A DNA stretch of 64,000 bases from Tubiluchus corallicola. Lineage: Eukaryota > Animalia > Priapulida. Location: NCBI GenBank assembly GCA_030141605.1, contig JAQGDQ010000330.1:1-64000 (forward strand), given 5' to 3'. Positions 53,808-61,775 of this stretch are shown here, one piece after another. Position 1 is the stretch's first letter, and each line of letters starts with the position of its first letter. The notes beneath the pieces were generated by a model, which searched no databases, was not told the DNA's origin, and was given only the letters and a program-made list of their open reading frames with translations. A program made the position numbers and the translations under genes.

Positions 53808-56800
53808 ATAGGTCATTATATATACATGTATTATATGTGTATCTTTCTTTGCCATAAAATAATGATAGCATACATTATAAAATGTGATATATCATTTAGT
53901 GATTGCCTGTCATGAATGGGCTACACTGCTAATAGGCAAATGCGTGTGGTGCAAAGAAAGTTAAAAACTACAAGTGCATAAAAACACAAGTAATAAAGTA
54001 AAAATGATATAAGCTACAGCAAAATACACCTATCTAAAAAACTAAAGCACACTTTTAGGAATACAATCTCATATAAAATAATACACATCATAAAGGTAAT
54101 ATAAACACGCATCTTGACATAAACACAAAACCATCTCAGGGTATAATTAAACATTCGAACAGTACAATAATTTGTTTAAAATGCCAAACAAAGCCAAAGT
54201 AAAAAAACTAATTTGTGTTTGATTAGATTAGTTCCCTAAATATACACCAGGAGAACAATTTAAGAAGAACTGCTGTGCTTAGAAATGTATCACAACCTTT
54301 AAATTAACACATAAGGTAGAATTACATAGTTAAAGCAGAAGTAAAGGAAATTTTAAAGTATGTCCCAAAAAACTTTTCAAACAAAGTTATGTTACTTTGC
54401 ATTACGCTAACCTGTATGAAAAACTTATATGATTGGAAATGCAAACTTTTTAAAATTTAAAAGATTTGTGATACCTGGAAAAAATGGCACTGCATCGCTA
54501 TCCCAGCGTGCACCTCTGATTCACCAAAAAACATTTCACTAGTTTAATTAACAACATATAATAATGAATACTTTTACTTAGTTAGTGATTAGTGAAGCGT
54601 GTGCTATGAATGCAGTGATTACTTTTTCAAACTTTACATGCAATGTTATCTAAATGTTTTTCAAATGACATACAGTTGAAATGGCCCACACCTAACAGTC
54701 ATTGCCGGAGTTTAAATTTACAAGTTTCACTTCGTTACTGCCAATGCAACCTCTGTATGCAATAAAACAACATTGTAAGTGATATAAAATTTTAAATTTC
54801 AGAACAAATTTTTAAGCTTGATATATGAAAAGCATTTTCTTGTACTTCAAGTTATATGTCGTTTCATCTTGCATTAATATACAAGCATTCCCCGATTCAC
54901 GACCTAAACCATTTGGGAAAGAAACAAGAGTTGCACTTAGATTGTGAACCTGCCACTTTTGAGCGCAAACCTGGCTACTTTTATATCGAAGATTCAAATC
55001 AGCCTCAAATTACGAAGTCGTAAAACCCTACTTATTATTATGCTAATTACGTTACAAATGTATTATATTAATTACAAAATGCAATTGTGTTTGTGCAGAA
55101 TTCGACAAAGGTTCGTTGAGAAGTGTATGCACAATCGTTCTGAAACTGAAGGTGATACACGAACACCAAAAGTGCCATCGAACAGGGAGTCTTCGAGTTT
55201 CGTGGCAAACAACCACAGCTACACTTATGTGTATCCCCGCAACTCAAGCAACACCAGCAACAGAACTTTGTTTATAGCCGTACTGTCAGTGCCAACGGAA
55301 ACGGTCCTGAGGCAGACGATCAGAGACACCTGGGGATCCGTAACTCGCAACCGAGGTGACATCGCTCTGATGTTCCTTCTAGCAGAGGCAAACGATCCAC
55401 AAACGATGCACAGAGTATACAACGAGATGTCACGGCACAAAGACCTGATTGTTGGCAGTTTTACAGACTCCTACAGGAACATATCCCTAAAATGCATCAT
55501 GGTCCTTCATGCAGTCCACAACATCTGTCCCGACTGTCATTACCTTCTGAAAACCGACACCGACTCGTGGGTGAACGTCCCACGGATTCTGGACTTCCTG
55601 CAAACCGTGGACACGAGGAAGGTAATCATTGGAAGAATGAAGAATGGTAACCGTGTGGTTCGGAATCCAGAACACCAATGGTACGTTTCAACAAGTGATT
55701 ACGAACCGCCCACTTTCCCCCCATATTTGGCAGGAGCAGGATACATAATGAGCATGGATCTTCCACGGGTGTTGTACGAGCATTCGCTAACGAGGAAAGT
55801 ACTACCTGTAGAGGATGCATACGTGACGGGCGTGCTAGCAGAGAAGGCGGGCGCTACCAAAATTCACAGCAAGCACATCTACAAGGAGCTTGTTTGCTTG
55901 ACAGAACCAGTGGAGATGGCGTTTGTGGTTCACCACATTAATTTTCACTCGATGAAGATATTATACCACAAAGTGATGCTGGGCCGAACAAGTGAGGATC
56001 TACATGAATGGAAAGCCTATAATGGTACGATGGATGACAAAGTATATAGAAAATTGTGTGAGCAGTGACGAAAACTTGATGAGGAAGGGATTACTGGTGC
56101 TCAGCCGAAAATGTAACAGAGCATAACAGGAAAGAACAGACAAAAATCTACGGGATATGAAGAAATGATCGACTCCCTACTTCCATGCAGAAGAAACCAA
56201 AAGGAGTCATTTGGCATGTTTAAGCATTAAAACTCTAACTAGTGTGATCAACTGTTAGCAAGTGTGTGCTTGCAAACCAAAACCGCCCACAAGACTAAAA
56301 CAATGTTATGATGCTTCAAAGTAGAATGTACCAAAAACTTGGTCAAATTTTTTGTATTTTATAAAAACAAAATATTGGACTTGTATGTTCTAGTATCAAA
56401 TTATCGAGAAAGTGTTCAAAAACACTGAAAATTTAATTTTATAACTCCTTGCCCACTTTTCTATCTACAAACATGCAAAGTCCGTAACAGCCAACATTTG
56501 TGTGGTTGCTAAGTGTTTTGTAGAAACGCGACAAAAACAATGGCTAACTTTAACAGTGATTTTCTCAAGATTATGTTTTTCAGTGAGCAGCCTGCACCTC
56601 AACTTCAATGTGGATTATCTCAGCTTAGAAACGACATAGAGCGATGAACTTAGTGTAAAAGTGATCCTCATGAAATGGAAACTATGTAGAATAAGTAGAA
56701 AAGCTTAATTGCTGACTTATGGACGATATTTGCTATGCAAGCACACAAGTATAAATTATATCAGCAAGAAAATACTAATAACTTATTGTAGCATTTGGAT

Positions 56801-59800
56801 ACAGTATTAGAACTAAGTTAATCAATACCTTTAATTAGCTACCTGTTTTTTTATTTATGTATGTATTTATTTATTCTAAATGTTTGTTATTGTTGTATGT
56901 TTATGTGCAAAAAATATGAAACTTCGTGCATATAAACTAAAAGAATACATCAATATCTACGTCTTAATATTCTAAATTACAACGAACCAATGTCCTAGTA
57001 GCTCATTATCACAATATTGCGACAAAGACACCATAAAATACAAACTGAAAAGTAAAACAAAAAGGAGTTTTCTCATTTGAGCTTTGTAAAGAATTTCTAT
57101 GCTTATAAATGCAGAATATTTAATTCATACTCTGTTTAGTGTTCACTGGATTAACCTATAGCCAATATTATAAGTGCTATCAGATGCAAGTGTTTTGCTA
57201 CAGAAGTGAGATCATTTCAGAATTGTGTAATCATGCAGTTTGATCAGAAGTTTGCATCAAAACAAAGAAGACTGTTTTACAATCAAAAGAGAAATATCAA
57301 AGCAAAGCCACAACGTTCTTTGTACAATTTCAGTTTGTCTTAAACGAGCCTCTAACTTAAAGGGTCAAATTTAATGTAAAAACAAATTAATTTACTAAAA
57401 TGAGCTTACTGTAACTTAAAATTTGACACTAATTTTATTAAATTCCATGCCTTCTTTCTTACTGAAACCAGGCCTCAAACAAGCATTTTTGTCAAAACAT
57501 TTTATTCATTTTTGCTCTTGAAACTTCAGAAAATCACAGGCTAGATAAATATGATAGAATGGCTTCCTTGATTAACGAGTCGTGTATGTGACGCTGAATA
57601 TGTAAACAACATTACACAGTGAAATGTAACGAGTGGTTTACCGAACACAAACGCTGCTGTAGCTAGAGCACATCACGTGGTTTACCGAACACAAACACTG
57701 CTGTAGCTAGAGTGCATCGCATGGTTTACCGAACACAAATGCTGCTGTAGCTAGAGCGCATCGCGTGGTTTACCGAACACAAACGCTGCTGTAGCTAGAG
57801 CGCATCGCATGGTTTACCGAACATAAATGCTGCTGTAGCTAGAGCGCATCGCATGGTTTACCGAATACAAATGCTGCTGTAGCTAGAGTGCATCGCGTGG
57901 TTTATCGAACACAAATGCTGCTGTAGCTAGAGCGCATTGCATGGTTTACCGAACACAAACACTGCTGTAGCTAGAGCACATCGCGTGGTTTACCGAACAC
58001 AAACACTGCTGTAGCTAAAGCGCATTGCGTGGTTTACCGAACACAAACACTGCTGTAGCTAGAGTGCATTGCATGGTTTACCGAACACAAATGCTGCTGT
58101 AGCTAGAGCGCATTGCGTGGTTTACCGAACACAAATGCTGCTGTAGCTAGAGTGCATTGCGTGGTTTACCGAACACAAACGCTGCTGTAGCTAGAGCGCA
58201 TTGCGTGGTTTACCGAACACAAACGCTGCTGTAGCTAGAGCGCATCGCATGGTTTACCGAACACAAACACTGCTGTAGCTAGAGCGCATCGCATGGTTTA
58301 CCGAACACAAACACTGCTGTAGCTAGAGCGCATCGCGTGGTTTACCGAACACAAATGCTGCTGTAGCTAGAGCGCATTGCGTGGTTTACCGAACACAAAC
58401 GCTGCTGTAGCTAGAGCGCATCGCGTGGTTTACCGAACACAAACGCCGCTGTAGCTAGAGTGCATCGCGTGGTTTACCGAACACAAATGCTGCTGTAGCT
58501 AGAGTGCATCGCGTGGTTTACCGAACACAAACGCTGCTGTAGCTAGAGTGCATCGCGTGGTTTACCGAACACAAATGCTGCTGTAGCTAGAGCGCATCGC
58601 GTGGTTTACCGAACACAAATGCTGCTGTAGCTAGAGCGTATCGAGTGGTTTACCGAACATAAATGCAGCTGTAGCTAGAGCGCATCGCGTGGTTTACCGA
58701 ACACAAACGCTGCTGTAGCTAGAGTGCATCGCGTGGTTTACCGAACACAAATGCTGCTGTAGCTAGAGCGCATGTTTCACTGGCGACATCTAGCGTGTAA
58801 AACATGCAAAATTAAGTTCCAGACTTTCTTCACATTTGATTTGCTCTTATCTAAACTTCCAAGAAAAAGTTAGAAGCATCAGAAAATATTAGTTCATCTT
58901 CTTTCTATACACGAAAGAGCCAGCCTCTAGGAGTCAACGTGTTTATTGAGCGATGATCATTTTGGCTATTGAAGCCATTATCAAACTATAAATCATGCCA
59001 AAAGAAAGAATAAATAGATTGCTAGTCGTAATCTTTAGCCCCGGGTGACATGGCTTCAACTTATGTAGGCTCACTTTTTATACTTATAATGCTTACTGCT
59101 GTGGTTCTTCATTATGTAGACTTGGATTCATTTGTTTACCTGTTGTGTTCTTTTTTGGTTCTCGTGTGTTAGGTAAAACTTTTGTACATTTCTCTGCAAT
59201 TTCTTCCATTACAACCTAGTTTATTTTGATAAGTTAAATTCTAATCTGTTTTGTAGTTTCGGTTTATGCCTTTGTATCATTAATGTATTATTTATTCATA
59301 GGCTTCATTTATAGTTTGATAATGGCTTCAATAGCCGAAACGATCGTCGTTCAATAAACGTGTTCATTTTCTTTCTATTTTTCTACAAAACTGAAACTTC
59401 ATAAGCCATGCTGTATTTGACCTTTAATAAACATTTTACGCAACTACGACAACCGCACAACAAACAAACAAACGAACGACGTGCATCTTACCTGACCAAT
59501 TTCATCAATGGGATCAAGAATTCCGTGGGGAAAGGGCGGAGCTGAGCCGACCAACTGAAAATAAACTACAAATAATTATTCTAAGTATCATGGCTGCTGC
59601 TACACTCATGCGACAGAAATGATTGCAAAGGGTAATATAACAGCAACAGCAAGTACTGTATAAACTCAAACTCAAACTACATTTATTCATTTACCGTTTA
59701 TATCTACACTCATGTCTCAGTTTGCCGGACCTCGCTTTTGTTGGGAAAATCGAACAAAATCTGGACCGTTAAAAAGTCCCCTATGGAAGCAGTCCATTGT

Positions 59801-61693
59801 TTTGTGAGGTGACCGGTACTTTGCAGGCCATCACATTGTTTACATCATTACACCAGTGCAACCAAGCAGCGTGTCATGACACGTCTGTAGCTTGTATGAC
59901 GGTGTGTTTTTGTCAGCGTGTTCGTAGAATTACAAAGTTTTATCTGAGAGACTATATTGAACATTATTGATAATACTGAGTGAAAATAGGGGGTGCTGCA
60001 CTTCCACAGTACCTATACACAAGCAGGCACTGGAAACGGAAGTCTGCTTCATGGGAAAGAGTTTTTTAGTATTTTTAAAAAGACTAATTATTGAATTTCT
60101 CCATTTATTTTGAGTAAACTATTTACAAAATACCTAGCATTAATGGCTGTTACACATGCATGCCATAGTAGCATAAGATAGAAACGCAAAGTTATCGTAA
60201 CTAAGCTATCAACAGTTAAATTTGATAGGGAACGCTTACACGCTCGCATGTGCACATGAAACATCTGCATTTATTGAGAAAGACACTCCGCCAGCATGTA
60301 CTGAAACCTGTGGAAGTCAGAGAACTAATACTGCAGTTGGAATTTTCCGTTTTGCTATTTTATGAAAAGGGAGAATCAGTGAATTATTGGCAGGCAAATT
60401 CCTCGTGGAAGACAGGCAATTTAAATGTAGCGCCTGCGTAAATATGCTGTAGTGTTTACTGATTAGTTTTCTGATAGCTTTGCACCTCCCCCCTTTGATG
60501 AGGACAGCCTGAAAAGCACGCATTCTTTATGCCGAAAATGTTTCTACGTCTCCGCGATACACAGAGTAAATACAATGGGTTTTACGCAAATTGCTTCTTT
60601 AAATTTACAAAATGTAGCGACATACCGAGTTAAAAATTCCCAGTTTTGCGATTCATTTAACCATTAAGGTATACAGAAAGAAATCCATTCTACCGTACCT
60701 GTCTGAAATGAACGATATTCCGCATTACACAGAACAGAATTATGCAGAGGTCAAAGTACTGATGTAAAGAGGGTTCGATAGAAGAAAAAGTGATTTCATT
60801 TATGGAAGGTTTAACATAACAGTGTGACTTATTGATACAAGTGTGACTTGACACTTCCATGGTATGATTTATCATGCAAGTGTGATTTAAATGGATGTGT
60901 GAGTTGTCATACAAGTGTGACTTACCATGCAGGAGTGACTTACCATACAAGTGTGACTTATCATGCCAGTGTGACTTACTATACAACTATGACTTACCAT
61001 ACAAGTGTTTGAATTTACAGCTCTTTTCATCTTCTTAATGTCAACTTTACATGTGACCGGGTCAATCGGAATGTGCGTCAATTTCATCCTGAACAAATGA
61101 GCCGCCTGAAACGGAAAAGTTTGTCAATTCAATAACACTCTCGTTCAAGCAGTACATAGGCAGGTAAACAAAGTATCAGCATAGGACGGTACTGAAGCTG
61201 ATGAATTCAATTTTCTGTACAAACTTTTAATGCAGGACGACACCAACTTACTGCATGCCTAATAGAAGAGCTGTACTTCACGCTGTATTAGTTAAGTACC
61301 ACCCTGTACAAATGCTTTGATAAACACCCCCCCCCCCAAAGAAGATGGTAAAACCATTTTCACACTAGAAATACAGGCATGTGAATTTCATAAGTGTGCC
61401 TTACATGATACAGTAAATCAAAAAATTGTATCAAAAATAAAAAAAATCACTGTAAATATAAAAAAAACAATTCTTGATTTGTATGGGCCTAATTAATCTA
61501 TTTCTGTAAATAAAAATAAAAGATCTTTATATTTTTTGCAGTTCAATATTTTAATACTATTTTCATAACACTGTAAAAATGGCTAACTTGGTTTAAATCA
61601 TCGATCATGGCTCATCATCATCATCATCATCATTAGCGTCAATTCAATATCATTGTCATCACCAACACCATTGTCATTAATATCATGATTGTT

Positions 61694-61726
<33 letters not shown>

Positions 61727-61729
61727 TTC

Positions 61730-61775
<46 letters not shown>

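Larger units (their letters stand above)
57361..59423. mobile_element. Kolobok-like element expanded by an internal satellite and a nested insertion
   Basis: TTAA flanks; colinear with 20661-21171 outside 57634-58772 and 58909-59361. Confidence 0.65.

Noticed and set aside
53412-53915. 167-aa + strand ORF
   Set aside because: Wrong frame and runs into a (TA)n repeat; the likely coding exon is 53494-53660 in another frame.
54944-55098. N-terminal 52 residues of the 374-aa GT31 ORF
   Set aside because: GTG start and AT-rich sequence ending in a good acceptor; most likely intron read-through.
57634-58772. CRISPR-like array (also 23950-24650)
   Set aside because: Head-to-tail units without unique spacers, no cas genes, eukaryotic intron context.
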